DNA of 64,000 bases from a virus, in the IMG/VR virus record IMGVR_UViG_3300037245_000888, positions 47,833 through 111,832 of that record, one strand, 5' to 3'. Shown in pieces: positions 19,851-29,829 of this stretch. Each line of letters begins with the position of its first letter. The stretch's first letter is position 1. Position numbers and translations under genes: made by a program. The notes beneath the pieces were generated by a model. It was not told the DNA's origin. It was given only the letters and a program-made list of their open reading frames with translations, and did no database searches.

Positions 19851-22127
19851 CTAGTGATTAGCTGCTAGATTATCTCCGTCTTCAGTTAATGTTGCATCTC
19901 CACCCTCAGTCAATAAATGAGTAAGGGTATTAAAAAAATCCTCAGCTTTTACTAAACAATCTCCTGTCAATGAGGTTGAGAAGAATCCTATTTGTTTTGT
20001 TATTTTATTTATGAACATTTGGTCATTTGTAGTTTCTGTTACTGTTGCTATTTCAATTACTTTAGCTACTCCAGCAGCGTCATATAAAATGAACGTTGTA
20101 TCTGCTATAAATACTTCTGCGTAGAATTGATCAATTTTGAAATAGTTTGGTGATGCGAAATCACCTATGATTGGTGTTCCTGATATATCTGTTATTACGT
20201 AATTGTAAGTTGCTCTTTTAGTGTACGTTGGTACAGCCTTTCCACTTGGCGATTCATAGTTATATGCTACAACAAATGGATCTGTAGACACTTCTATTCC
20301 ATCGTTTATCATATTTATTTGTGTATATCGTGTGTCTATTAACGTGTCTACTGTTGTAATACATCCTTCTAAATAAGCAATAGACCCAGCGTCTTTTTCC
20401 CAATCTTCTTGTCCGCCTAACAATGGTTTGTAAGATAAACAAAATACATTCCAAGCCACTGTACCAGCAGTTACATCAGTAACTCCGGGGCCAAAATTAT
20501 TAAATAAATTATCTGCAAATCGAACCACTTGGACACCACCATGGCAAGTTGAACCTTGGTCACTGGCACTATCTCCATTGTTTCTTGCTACACAGTTGAA
20601 CTCAATTATGTTTTGATTGTCATGACTAAAACCATCACCTTGACCACTTGAAGCTATGCAATTTTGGAAAAATGAATCGAATCCAACAACATTGGTGCTA
20701 TAGCAACCAGCAGCACCAGCGTATTTAGCTGTACAATTCTTCATATAAGTGTTTGTAATGCTATTTAAACCACCTAAGTATCCACCTTCTATGTTTACAT
20801 TTTCAATATAGTTTCCAGCACCAGTTGTAAGTCTCAAAACATGTGTTCTTTTATAAGTTACTATATCACTATCTGGCACCCTTGAGTCAGGTGTATGAAC
20901 ATACATTTTACTTACACCATCCCAGAACCAACTACCTTGAGTACTATCCACCAAAGCAATTGAACCCACTTCTAAAAGTGTTGTATAATCTTGGTCTTGG
21001 TAAACTAATATACTCATATCGGTTACATTACTACATCTATCCATAGTAGATTCATAAACATTAGTAAATCCACCTGTCTTAGACCATGTTGCTGGTATTG
21101 CATTTGTTATTTTTACATTATCTCCGGTACCTATCATAGAAGTTCCAACACGCATGGTTGCACCCTGAAAAGCATCATCGTTGTTATAAGTACCGTTAGC
21201 AATATGCATCTCTACTAAGTCTACTTTTGTTCTTGCTTCTTTGATAGTTTTAAAAGCTGTTAAAGCTGTTAGTCCATCATTTGTATCCAGCCCTGTGACG
21301 ATATCAACATAATATTTTTTACCTACAAACTTATAATCAGATACATCGAAATCACTCGCATAACTACCGTCCGGCATTAAATAAATATCAATTGGTGGAA
21401 CCCAATTGTCGGTTAAATCAGTTGGCGGGACTACAATAATTCCTCCAGTTATGTCGCTATAATCTTTTTCTTGTAGGGTATCATCTAATATTCTAAAGTC
21501 TGCTTCAACATAATATGCGACAGAATTTACACCTTCGTTTGGTATAATTGCATCCTTTTCTATAGGATCAGTTGCTAGAGCATCCCAAAAATTATTAACG
21601 CCATTAGCAACGCTATAACCTTGTTGATTTGCAAGAGATTCTATATTATTTACTTCTACCCATGTAGGAGTTGCACTCAACTTAGATATTCTTCCATTTA
21701 CATGGTCAGCAATTGTATCTCCAGCACCCTCTTCAAATTTGAAGTAGTCACCTATTGATGTGATTTTTATATCTGCTACTTTTTTAGTATTTGGAAATGT
21801 AAAGAAACCACTTCCGTCAGTTGTTCCAGCAACATCTAATAATGTATCAGCATCCAAATATGTTAATGGCTCATTTAATAAACCAATATCCGCGGTTAAT
21901 ATGCCATCACCAAGTATATATTTTGCTTTTATTGATACTCTAGTTTCATCTCCAACTTGATCTTCCATGAAGCCATCAACTACCGTGTCGGCATATGAGA
22001 TGAGTCCACAGTCACGTACTAGTAAATCAAAAGCACTAAGACCTTTCTTAACATAATCAATACCAAATCTCATTGCTGCTCTGACTATTCCTATAAAGGT
22101 ATTCTTACCATTCTTTGAATAAATCAT
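19851..22127 (-). CDS. putative tailspike with right-handed beta-helix
   Basis: YYVD...G.D.NDG.....FKTI cap motif followed by N/G/C-rich beta-helix repeats such as DGFS. Confidence 0.6.
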   Translation of the reverse strand: MIYSKNGKNTFIGIVRAAMRFGIDYVKKGLSAFDLLVRDCGLISYADTVVDGFMEDQVGDETRVSIKAKYILGDGILTADIGLLNEPLTYLDADTLLDVAGTTDGSGFFTFPNTKKVADIKITSIGDYFKFEEGAGDTIADHVNGRISKLSATPTWVEVNNIESLANQQGYSVANGVNNFWDALATDPIEKDAIIPNEGVNSVAYYVEADFRILDDTLQEKDYSDITGGIIVVPPTDLTDNWVPPIDIYLMPDGSYASDFDVSDYKFVGKKYYVDIVTGLDTNDGLTALTAFKTIKEARTKVDLVEMHIANGTYNNDDAFQGATMRVGTSMIGTGDNVKITNAIPATWSKTGGFTNVYESTMDRCSNVTDMSILVYQDQDYTTLLEVGSIALVDSTQGSWFWDGVSKMYVHTPDSRVPDSDIVTYKRTHVLRLTTGAGNYIENVNIEGGYLGGLNSITNTYMKNCTAKYAGAAGCYSTNVVGFDSFFQNCIASSGQGDGFSHDNQNIIEFNCVARNNGDSASDQGSTCHGGVQVVRFADNLFNNFGPGVTDVTAGTVAWNVFCLSYKPLLGGQEDWEKDAGSIAYLEGCITTVDTLIDTRYTQINMINDGIEVSTDPFVVAYNYESPSGKAVPTYTKRATYNYVITDISGTPIIGDFASPNYFKIDQFYAEVFIADTTFILYDAAGVAKVIEIATVTETTNDQMFINKITKQIGFFSTSLTGDCLVKAEDFFNTLTHLLTEGGDATLTEDGDNLAANH

Positions 22128-22138
22128 AGTAATCCTCC

Positions 22139-22495
22139 TTAATATTTTGAGCCATTAATATATAGTTTAGCTCCTAAATCGTTACTTAGCTTAATTCCTC
22201 TAACCTGAACACCCGCAATAATTAATGTTTCTCCAGCTTTGCAACAGATTACAGGTTCATCTGTATAGTCCTCTGTTGTTGGGTTATCAACGGAACTTCT
22301 AACAATAACAAAATAAATGTCTGTTGCGTCTGCCTCAATAGTTGTGCTATTAGCATTTAGATTCTTATCATCCTTTGTCAAGAACATGATCAATTCTTGG
22401 TCTACTAACGTTTCATAAAATCTGTCCAATACTGGTGCTCCATCGTATTTTAGTGTTGAAAAAAGTGCTCTCGCGTACAATTCTCCATAACTCAT
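22139..22495 (-). CDS. hypothetical virion-associated protein
   Basis: GGAGG RBS; heads the appendage gene block. Confidence 0.55.
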   Translation of the reverse strand: MSYGELYARALFSTLKYDGAPVLDRFYETLVDQELIMFLTKDDKNLNANSTTIEADATDIYFVIVRSSVDNPTTEDYTDEPVICCKAGETLIIAGVQVRGIKLSNDLGAKLYINGSKY

Positions 22496-22592
22496 GTAAA
22501 TACCTCCATCTCCGCCTACACGGTATTTTATTTATATAAATAACACAATTGTTATTATATCTAATTTAATAATTTAATATTTAACTATATCC

Positions 22593-22649
22593 ACAAACTT
22601 AAAAATACACCCACAGTTGTTAACCACGAATGCATTTCCTCAAGTTTGT
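22593..22649 (-). terminator. long G-U-rich hairpin after the lysis genes
   Basis: On the - strand AAATGCATTCGTGGTT/AACTGTGGGTGTATTT, enclosed by ACAAACTT/AAGTTTGT. Confidence 0.55.
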
Positions 22650-22775
22650 TATTGCTTATTTAATTTTAATATTTATTAGTTTTAATCGCTTCTAATCGCT
22701 TCTAATACCATACTAATGTATTCTAATACTATCGACCATAATCGACCGCAATCGATTGGACGATACTTGATACTA

Positions 22776-23186
22776 CTAAGCAAATAAGTATATTACTTGA
22801 ATAGCACCACGCATAATTTTCTGATCACTTTCAGACAATTCAATATCCATTTCTGTTAAAATCTCAATTGCTCTTGTCATTACATCTTCCTCAGAAACCA
22901 TTTTACTTCCTTCAAGTATGATACATGACTGAATATATTCAAGGCTATCGTGAACTACTCCATTAATCAAACTAATAGTCTTATAATCTAAATCAGTATT
23001 ATTCTTTAATAGACTAGCTGTGAAATTTAATATAACTTGTAAGTCATCAATTTTATCAGCTGTATTTTTTGGATTGTCAATAATACCTTTATTTTTTAAT
23101 ACTAAAATTGTAACTGATATGATAAACAATACGGCCACTGTGATTAAGCCTACGGTGCTTGTATCTAATCCTAAGTTTTCTAACAT
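22776..23186 (-). CDS. putative holin (single N-terminal TM)
   Basis: One N-terminal TM helix plus a helical cytoplasmic domain, downstream of the endolysin. Confidence 0.5.
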   Translation of the reverse strand: MLENLGLDTSTVGLITVAVLFIISVTILVLKNKGIIDNPKNTADKIDDLQVILNFTASLLKNNTDLDYKTISLINGVVHDSLEYIQSCIILEGSKMVSEEDVMTRAIEILTEMDIELSESDQKIMRGAIQVIYLFA

Positions 23187-23252
23187 AATAATCTCCTTTT
23201 ATTGTATAGTTCATTATTTGGCGTTATCGGTTCGTTGTTAATTCCTTATTTG

Positions 23253-23603
23253 TTATCCATTTTTAGTATTCATATCATCAGCTACTTCTTCTAATATGCT
23301 ATTATTTGAATCAGATAAATCTATTTCAATTCCCATTGATTTAGTTATATTTTTTAATCCCTTGTCTACAATAGTATTGACAAGTTTTGTTTTTTCAATT
23401 GTTGCTTTACCTGAATATAAGAATAATTCAAACATCCATCCCTTTGCAACCCAACTAAATATAAACTCAAGTTGTTGTATTTCATATCCTTTTATGAATA
23501 AGTATCCCATTGCAAGAATACACGATACAAAGATAATATTAACTATCCAAAGGAGTTTTTTACTAGTGGCATATTTCAATATTTTTTTAAATAATTTCTT
23601 CAT
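23253..23603 (-). CDS. putative holin (two TM)
   Basis: Two hydrophobic segments and a charged C-tail, adjacent to the endolysin. Confidence 0.5.
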   Translation of the reverse strand: MKKLFKKILKYATSKKLLWIVNIIFVSCILAMGYLFIKGYEIQQLEFIFSWVAKGWMFELFLYSGKATIEKTKLVNTIVDKGLKNITKSMGIEIDLSDSNNSILEEVADDMNTKNG

Positions 23604-23614
23604 TTTATTCTCCT

Positions 23615-25549
23615 TTAAAACTTAACCAATTGATAAAGTCTTCTCGTTGTTGTATAATACCAAACACCATCAACCTTCAATAATGTTGAATTTCCTGCAT
23701 CCCAGCTATTAATAAACCCGAGAACCATAGCCTTACCCATTCTGGTAGCTGTTTTATTACTCATATATGGGTGTACAGCAAAATACAATTCACCGTTAAG
23801 TTTAAAGTTATAAGGTCTTTTAGTTGCTCTAATTACATCTGCATATTTACCAGTGAATCCTGATGTAGCATATGCACTTGTTGATGGATATAATTCAAGT
23901 CCAGCATCAGCGAAAACTACACCATTGCCTAATTCCTTTGCGTTTAATACAGTTTTAACATCAAAGTGTTTACCACCTTTTGAAAATAGCGTAAAAGTAG
24001 GTTTATAATGCACCTGTCCGTCAAGTAATAATTTACCTTTTGTCATTGTAATTCCATACTTATACATTTTTCTTGCTGTAGGAGAATACCATTGATAACT
24101 TGAAGTAATTAAATTTGATTCAATATACCTATTACCAGCCTTATCTCCAATTGTAATATCTAATCTACTTGGATTAACCTTAACAACTATTGATGTATAT
24201 TTACTATTTTTAGGAATCTTCCAAGACTCTGTTCCATATTTACCATTGTGATATTTATGAAAATCTAATATAAGCTTTTTATTAATTTTAAATATATCAT
24301 CTTCATTTAGAGTATTTCCATGTGAAGATAGTCCAATTTCAGCTTTCAAATCTTTAATTCCTAATATAGTACCATTGCCTTTTTTCTTATCACATGAGAA
24401 TGCTCTATAATATCCAAGTGATTGTAATGCTCTCTGTAAGTATAATATTTGACTAGATTTGAATGAACTGGTTTTATTATAGTTGATTACACCCTTATAA
24501 ACTAATTGTGGAATAGCTTTGTTATATAGTAGTACCTCAGACTTCACCACAGCCTCACCACTGTCATCAAATGGTTCACTGGTAATAACTGTTGGCTCAT
24601 CAATAACTACTGTCTGAGAGGCTATTAGAGCTGTATTAATAGCTGTAGCAATATTCTCTGTAATTTTATTATTATACCAAATATTTAATGGTTTACAGAA
24701 ATTATATAATGCTGTTGAAAGACCATTACCATAAGATTTATCTAATCCATTTACATCAAATCCTAATTGAGTTAATGCTTTCTGAACTTCTAATACATCA
24801 TCAGAAACTTCACCTTTTAATATATCTCTTCCAACATACATATATAAAACTTTAATAGTATAAGGCTCATATGGGTCAATAAAATCTTTAATATCATCAA
24901 TTGTTTTCTTTTCTAAGTCAGTAAATTTCTCACCTGACATTTTAATTTTAATGTTGATTCTTTCTCCTGTCATATTTTCTCCTTTTTTAGATCCTTTTTT
25001 AATCTCATATAAACTTTTAACATCTTGTAAAAATACATTCCACCTACTATAATCCACTTTATTATATTCTGGACAATAATATTTAGGACAATCTTTACCT
25101 GATATAATCCCATGATTTGTTACTTTATCTAATCCTAAATTATATTCAATTAATAAGTCAACTGTTCTTTCTACCATTATAAAATACACGATATCAGAAT
25201 AGTTTCCTTTCATGTTTATTGTTGGAACTTCAATTGAATATACAACAGAATTAGGGTAAGTGTCACCCATCATATTATATTTTTCTTTTGTGTATGTTTT
25301 GGAGCCTACACTATATGCCATTTCATTGTCTGGTATAACTTTCCAAACATCACCATTAGTATCAATTATTTCATGAGCTGATCCATAGCTTTTCTTACCA
25401 TATTTTCTTGATTCAAAGAAGTCTCTTACAGCGGATGCTCTTGCATTAATAACAGCCTCCCAATGAACACATATAAATTTAACCTCAGCTTTCTTCTGTG
25501 GCCTACTCCATTTATTAGGAGTTAAATATTTTTCTATTACTTTGTACAT
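23615..25549 (-). CDS. endolysin: Amidase_2 + peptidoglycan-binding repeats + NAGPA-like C-terminal domain
   Basis: Amidase motifs ICVHW, SAHEIID, SIE, NHG...KDCP. Two PG_binding_1-like segments (VQKALTQLGF, LQRALQSLGY). C-terminal INSWDAGNST. Confidence 0.82.
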   Translation of the reverse strand: MYKVIEKYLTPNKWSRPQKKAEVKFICVHWEAVINARASAVRDFFESRKYGKKSYGSAHEIIDTNGDVWKVIPDNEMAYSVGSKTYTKEKYNMMGDTYPNSVVYSIEVPTINMKGNYSDIVYFIMVERTVDLLIEYNLGLDKVTNHGIISGKDCPKYYCPEYNKVDYSRWNVFLQDVKSLYEIKKGSKKGENMTGERINIKIKMSGEKFTDLEKKTIDDIKDFIDPYEPYTIKVLYMYVGRDILKGEVSDDVLEVQKALTQLGFDVNGLDKSYGNGLSTALYNFCKPLNIWYNNKITENIATAINTALIASQTVVIDEPTVITSEPFDDSGEAVVKSEVLLYNKAIPQLVYKGVINYNKTSSFKSSQILYLQRALQSLGYYRAFSCDKKKGNGTILGIKDLKAEIGLSSHGNTLNEDDIFKINKKLILDFHKYHNGKYGTESWKIPKNSKYTSIVVKVNPSRLDITIGDKAGNRYIESNLITSSYQWYSPTARKMYKYGITMTKGKLLLDGQVHYKPTFTLFSKGGKHFDVKTVLNAKELGNGVVFADAGLELYPSTSAYATSGFTGKYADVIRATKRPYNFKLNGELYFAVHPYMSNKTATRMGKAMVLGFINSWDAGNSTLLKVDGVWYYTTTRRLYQLVKF

Positions 25550-25657
25550 ATTACCTCCTTTTACAATCCAATCTATTCAAAGCCATTGTAACATATTCAA
25601 TTAACAATGTAAAGAACATGTTGGCTATATTTTTCAATTTAATAAGAAAAGGGAATT

Positions 25658-26041
25658 TCACCCTAATCTATTTTTCTTTTTTCTTAATACTACTCCAGCA
25701 ATATATCCTAATGGAATAGCTAACCACCATATAATGAATGAGCTTATTAAGGCTAATCCGATTATTAGGATTGTTGATACAATAAAACATTGCCACATTT
25801 CTGGCATGTGTACACCCTTTCTACCTACTCTGGCCAATATAAAAAATAACATTGCTAAAATAGATTCAGGGACTACACCGAGCATAAATGCTATACTCAT
25901 AATGAATGTTGTCTCGTAAACTTGGAACATTGACATATCAATAAACATTGCCAGATATTTAGTATCCTCTGGCATATTATGTTTATCACATATTTTCTTT
26001 GCTAATTTGTAGTAAATTGTGTTCTTTCTGCTTTTACTCAT
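25658..26041 (-). CDS. agrB: AgrB-like peptide-cyclising membrane protease (short, 127 aa)
   Basis: R-x4-G-x-H-x6-C (ARVGRKGVHMPEMWQC) with the AgrB His/Cys spacing, in a 4-TM protein. Confidence 0.8.
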   Translation of the reverse strand: MSKSRKNTIYYKLAKKICDKHNMPEDTKYLAMFIDMSMFQVYETTFIMSIAFMLGVVPESILAMLFFILARVGRKGVHMPEMWQCFIVSTILIIGLALISSFIIWWLAIPLGYIAGVVLRKKKNRLG

Positions 26042-26135
26042 AATCTGATAAATCTGTTTCTCCGACTATCCAAAAACATCCAGTTTTACTTGTTAGTCCT
26101 AATAGTCTCTTAATAAGTTCCATTAATTTTTTCAT
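26034..26135 (-). CDS. agrD: AgrD-like autoinducing-peptide precursor, 33 aa (not in ORF track)
   Basis: GGAGG RBS. Sequence MKKLMELIKRLLGLTSKTG-CFWIV-GETDLSDYE shows an amphipathic leader, a Cys-x4 ring and an acidic tail. Stop overlaps the agrB start. Confidence 0.8.
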   Translation of the reverse strand: MKKLMELIKRLLGLTSKTGCFWIVGETDLSDYE

Positions 26136-26592
26136 ACTTTCCTCCAAGTCTCATATAGGTTATATAACAAATCATATATTGAAATAGTCTAACAGGAGTA
26201 TAAAATATTATAGTGGAATATATACTTTCTTTTACTGGCGATATATCACTGCCAAGAATATATAGAATCGGCACATATATTATAAACTCCATGACTCCAA
26301 CAATCACTATGGCTATAGCTGTATTTAAAAATACTTTTAGTGCTTTTTCTTTGTTTACTTTGCTTAGGAAAGATATTGTTAATCCGGCCAATGCTAGATA
26401 GACTAATCTATTTAATATGCTATCACTACCAAATGGTAATAATATTAGCCCTAACACAGAACATATTAATATTGATATGATTGTGTATTTAGTCTTAATA
26501 TTTATCTTTGAAAACATTAATGTCATCAATACTACAAATGTTGCTTCAAAGATTTGTATACCGATAAAGTCTGTTAACCAGATGTAATTCAT
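26110..26592 (-). CDS. AgrC/VirS-like membrane sensor domain lacking kinase domain
   Basis: About 5 TM helices with intramembrane Glu (IFEA, VMEF). Overlaps agrD. No H-box or HATPase domain. Confidence 0.55.
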   Translation of the reverse strand: MNYIWLTDFIGIQIFEATFVVLMTLMFSKINIKTKYTIISILICSVLGLILLPFGSDSILNRLVYLALAGLTISFLSKVNKEKALKVFLNTAIAIVIVGVMEFIIYVPILYILGSDISPVKESIYSTIIFYTPVRLFQYMICYITYMRLGGKYEKINGTY

Positions 26593-27146
26593 AAAATCAG
26601 CTCCTTTAACATAATTAATATATCAAAGAAAGTTTTGCCACCTGATGTAAAAAACGAGAATATACTAACCAACAGTATAATTGACATTGTTACTATAAAT
26701 CTACTTATCCATTTGTTTAATTTACTTTTGTTGTAGAACAACCTAAATTGATCTCTCAGGTTATTATTCTTAATCTCAGCTTTCATACCTTGTATTTCAT
26801 TTAATATCAAACCTACTGATCTTTTCAAATCATCTTGTTCTCTACTTGATATAAATTGATTAGCTAAGACTTGAGCATTGTTTTCTAAATATTCTTCTAG
26901 CTTACTACTTATTTCATCGATAGAATTTGAAAGCTTACCAATAACATCTCTATCTTCTTGACGATTATTTTTCATCTCTTTGAGTTCAAATCGAATTTCA
27001 GTTATTTCAAGTTGCATTTTATGAAAAGTATCAACAGTTATCATACTTCCTTTTACATGGTCTACTTCCTGTCTTAATAATTTTATTTCATTTTCAAGAT
27101 TATTGATTTTGCTCTTGTTAGCCTCACCAATACATTTTTCAGTCAT
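26589..27146 (-). CDS. coiled-coil protein with C-terminal TM helix (holin-like or accessory)
   Basis: Long heptad region then a TM helix; ATGA overlap with the next gene. Confidence 0.5.
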   Translation of the reverse strand: MTEKCIGEANKSKINNLENEIKLLRQEVDHVKGSMITVDTFHKMQLEITEIRFELKEMKNNRQEDRDVIGKLSNSIDEISSKLEEYLENNAQVLANQFISSREQDDLKRSVGLILNEIQGMKAEIKNNNLRDQFRLFYNKSKLNKWISRFIVTMSIILLVSIFSFFTSGGKTFFDILIMLKELIL

Positions 27147-27165
27147 TTGTCATCACACCACCTCA

Positions 27166-28233
27166 CTATATCTTCTCTATATCATAATTCAACTGAAGAG
27201 AGAAGTTTGGTGTTGTCACGCCTTCCCCATTTACAACTTTGATATATACATCGTCATCTTTGTCTATTAAACCGTCAATTATAACTAAATCTTTTGTTTC
27301 ATTTTTAGTTGGGAATAATTCTAAGTCAGTAAAAGTTGTATCAGATATAATATCAGAGCCTTCGATTAATTGTAAATTTGAAGTATTGACATCATCTATT
27401 CCAATACTATCTCCATTGCTGATTATTTTAATTCCTGTGATTGTACATGTGTAACCATCTGGTGCCGTGAATAATATTCTGTGTATTGCTATATCTGGTG
27501 GATTAGAGAATGATGGAATATCAAATACTATCATTTGATTTGTGCTGTCTTTTAATATTGCAATTAATGACACATATTCCTCTTTCATATCTGAAAATTC
27601 TGATGTGCGTGTTGACTCATTAGATTGTCTAGTTGACTCATTAATTGTTCTAACGCCCTCATTTACAGTTCTCTGAGTTTCTTTTTCCTGTCTAGTATCT
27701 TCACTAGCAATTCTAATATTCTCACTAGATACTCTTTCTGATTCTTGAAATACTCTATCAATTTCTGATGCTTCACGCTCATCTTCTTCAAAAGATATAT
27801 TAGATAATTTAGAAATCAAATCACTAACTACTGAAACTTTGTCTTCATTAGATAAAGTACATCCATTCATCATATCTGCCAATACAACAAATCTAAATAT
27901 ATTACTTGTGACAATTTGACCACTGGCAGTATATAATTTTATTAAACCTGTGACTGAACCACTTTTACTTAATGATTCATTACATAATTCATATGTTATT
28001 GAGTCTGAATTTAATATGCATAAACATGGTTCCATATAAGTTGCATCTTGGAACTTTAGAGTAATATAAACTTCGGATAGTTCAGAGTAATTAATCTCCG
28101 AACCATCTTCTCTGGTAACTGTAAAGACTAGCTTACCAACTCCATTGTCATTTTGACTGAAATATCTTCCAGTATTAATAGATCCAGATGAGTTTATTTT
28201 TAGCTGGATTGGTATAGTTTCTATTGAAATCAT
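27166..28233 (-). CDS. BppU-family baseplate upper / fibre protein
   Basis: N-terminal FSQND...F...V BppU-like domain and E-x-x-R heptad repeats. Confidence 0.65.
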   Translation of the reverse strand: MISIETIPIQLKINSSGSINTGRYFSQNDNGVGKLVFTVTREDGSEINYSELSEVYITLKFQDATYMEPCLCILNSDSITYELCNESLSKSGSVTGLIKLYTASGQIVTSNIFRFVVLADMMNGCTLSNEDKVSVVSDLISKLSNISFEEDEREASEIDRVFQESERVSSENIRIASEDTRQEKETQRTVNEGVRTINESTRQSNESTRTSEFSDMKEEYVSLIAILKDSTNQMIVFDIPSFSNPPDIAIHRILFTAPDGYTCTITGIKIISNGDSIGIDDVNTSNLQLIEGSDIISDTTFTDLELFPTKNETKDLVIIDGLIDKDDDVYIKVVNGEGVTTPNFSLQLNYDIEKI

Positions 28234-28242
28234 AAATACCTC

Positions 28243-28566
28243 CTAATAAGGATTGTTTTCTGAATCGTATTGCAACCAAATTTGCTGTCTATTTAGTTTG
28301 TCTTGCTCAGTTTTCATACCGAGAAGGATAAGATTATCTAGTTCTTTTAAGTCTGTGAGTGCTATTTGTTTTTCTGCTTCATAAAGTTGGATTGCTAGTT
28401 CCTGCTCTGTTCTAATTGTAGAAATTTCACATTCTATTTTATTTCCGAACATCTTTTCACCTTGTATATAACTATATGAAACTTCGAGTTCTAAACCTGT
28501 CAAATTAGGATTCATTTCTAAAATTTCAGCACCTGTTAATATACCTTCAAATATTATCTTTTTCAT
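28243..28566 (-). CDS. hypothetical protein (possible fibre chaperone)
   Basis: Small ORF following the fibre gene. Confidence 0.5.
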   Translation of the reverse strand: MKKIIFEGILTGAEILEMNPNLTGLELEVSYSYIQGEKMFGNKIECEISTIRTEQELAIQLYEAEKQIALTDLKELDNLILLGMKTEQDKLNRQQIWLQYDSENNPY

Positions 28567-28574
28567 ATTGCCCC

Positions 28575-29789
28575 CTAATTATCTTTTTCATATTGAACAA
28601 CTTGTTCTGCAACACCAGTGTTCTCAGCATAAATCTTTAACTCAGAGTTAAATCTCCACTTTGCACGTACCGCATTTGTTCCAATATCACTATCAAATAC
28701 CACAACTCCATCACATTCAATTTTAATCGCAAAAGCAGTGCTACCTATTATAACATTAACAAATCCACTATCTACTATAGTGGTTAGGAGTGAATAACCA
28801 GCCCCAACAGCATCGTTACCATTAAATTTAGGTGTTGATTTCTTAGGATCTCCACTTCCATCATCTTCTGAATAAGATATTCCATATGGAGAAGCTGCGC
28901 ATCGGTATTCAAAACCAGTTTCACACCTTATGTCGCACCCTGTCTGCGTTAAATTCACAGTACCATTAGTTACACCAGAAAATTTTTCTCCATCATCACC
29001 ATCTATTTTTAATTGTACATCACCGTTAGATCCTGTCATTGTACCCAACCAATGAATCCAACAAGCACCAACAAAAGTATGCCTTAGTGTAGGTGAACCA
29101 GTACCGGGTGTTCCAACATTATATGCTTGTGCAAGAACTTTTGATAAATCATTTGCCCCACCTTTAGGACTAAGCAAGAAAAAATTGCCAGTCACCCTCC
29201 TTAAAATGGTTATAGGTGTTCCGTCAACAAAGTCATCAGCTTCCATTGGTATTACTCCACCAGCACCATCTGGTTTGGATATTGCTACTGCTCCATGACC
29301 ATCTAGATTAACAGTGACAGCACCAGTATTATTAGCTGTTGGTATGAATGTGATTGGATTTAAGTCTATCGTAAAATCAAAACTTGAAGCCGTTCCACTT
29401 GTTAAGATAATAGCGTCTGCTGTACCTGTTACTACTGCACCTGTTCTTAGGATATCAATGTTGTCTAGGTTGATAGCTATATCTGAAATATTAATTAAAA
29501 TATCAGATTCATTATCTTCAATTGAATCTTTCATAATCGTATAATCCGTATCAGCGTATATATAATCTTGTAGGTTGGATGGAGCTTCTGTAAATAATAA
29601 AATTGCTAATCCAGCTTCTCCATTATTATCCTGACTTGAGCCAGCAGTATTAGTTACAACTAAAGTGTCTGGATTTTCATATGAAACATTTGTAGAGGTA
29701 CTTCTACCGAATTTATTTAATATTCTCTGATACTCGCCTAATTCTCCCAATAAACTGTCCGGAATGGGAAACCTATTTTCTAAAGGCAT
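28575..29789 (-). CDS. putative tail fibre protein
   Basis: F-P-ANNTGAVTVNLDG-GAVAI module typical of Bacillota tail fibres. Confidence 0.6.
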   Translation of the reverse strand: MPLENRFPIPDSLLGELGEYQRILNKFGRSTSTNVSYENPDTLVVTNTAGSSQDNNGEAGLAILLFTEAPSNLQDYIYADTDYTIMKDSIEDNESDILINISDIAINLDNIDILRTGAVVTGTADAIILTSGTASSFDFTIDLNPITFIPTANNTGAVTVNLDGHGAVAISKPDGAGGVIPMEADDFVDGTPITILRRVTGNFFLLSPKGGANDLSKVLAQAYNVGTPGTGSPTLRHTFVGACWIHWLGTMTGSNGDVQLKIDGDDGEKFSGVTNGTVNLTQTGCDIRCETGFEYRCAASPYGISYSEDDGSGDPKKSTPKFNGNDAVGAGYSLLTTIVDSGFVNVIIGSTAFAIKIECDGVVVFDSDIGTNAVRAKWRFNSELKIYAENTGVAEQVVQYEKDN

Positions 29790-29829
29790 GTTTGCCTCCT
29801 TTCTGTATTTGTTGTTTCTTTAATTTAGT

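Noticed and set aside
19839-19853. Stop read-through fusing the spike and fibre genes
   Set aside because: The two ORFs are out of frame, and the downstream gene has its own GGAGG RBS.
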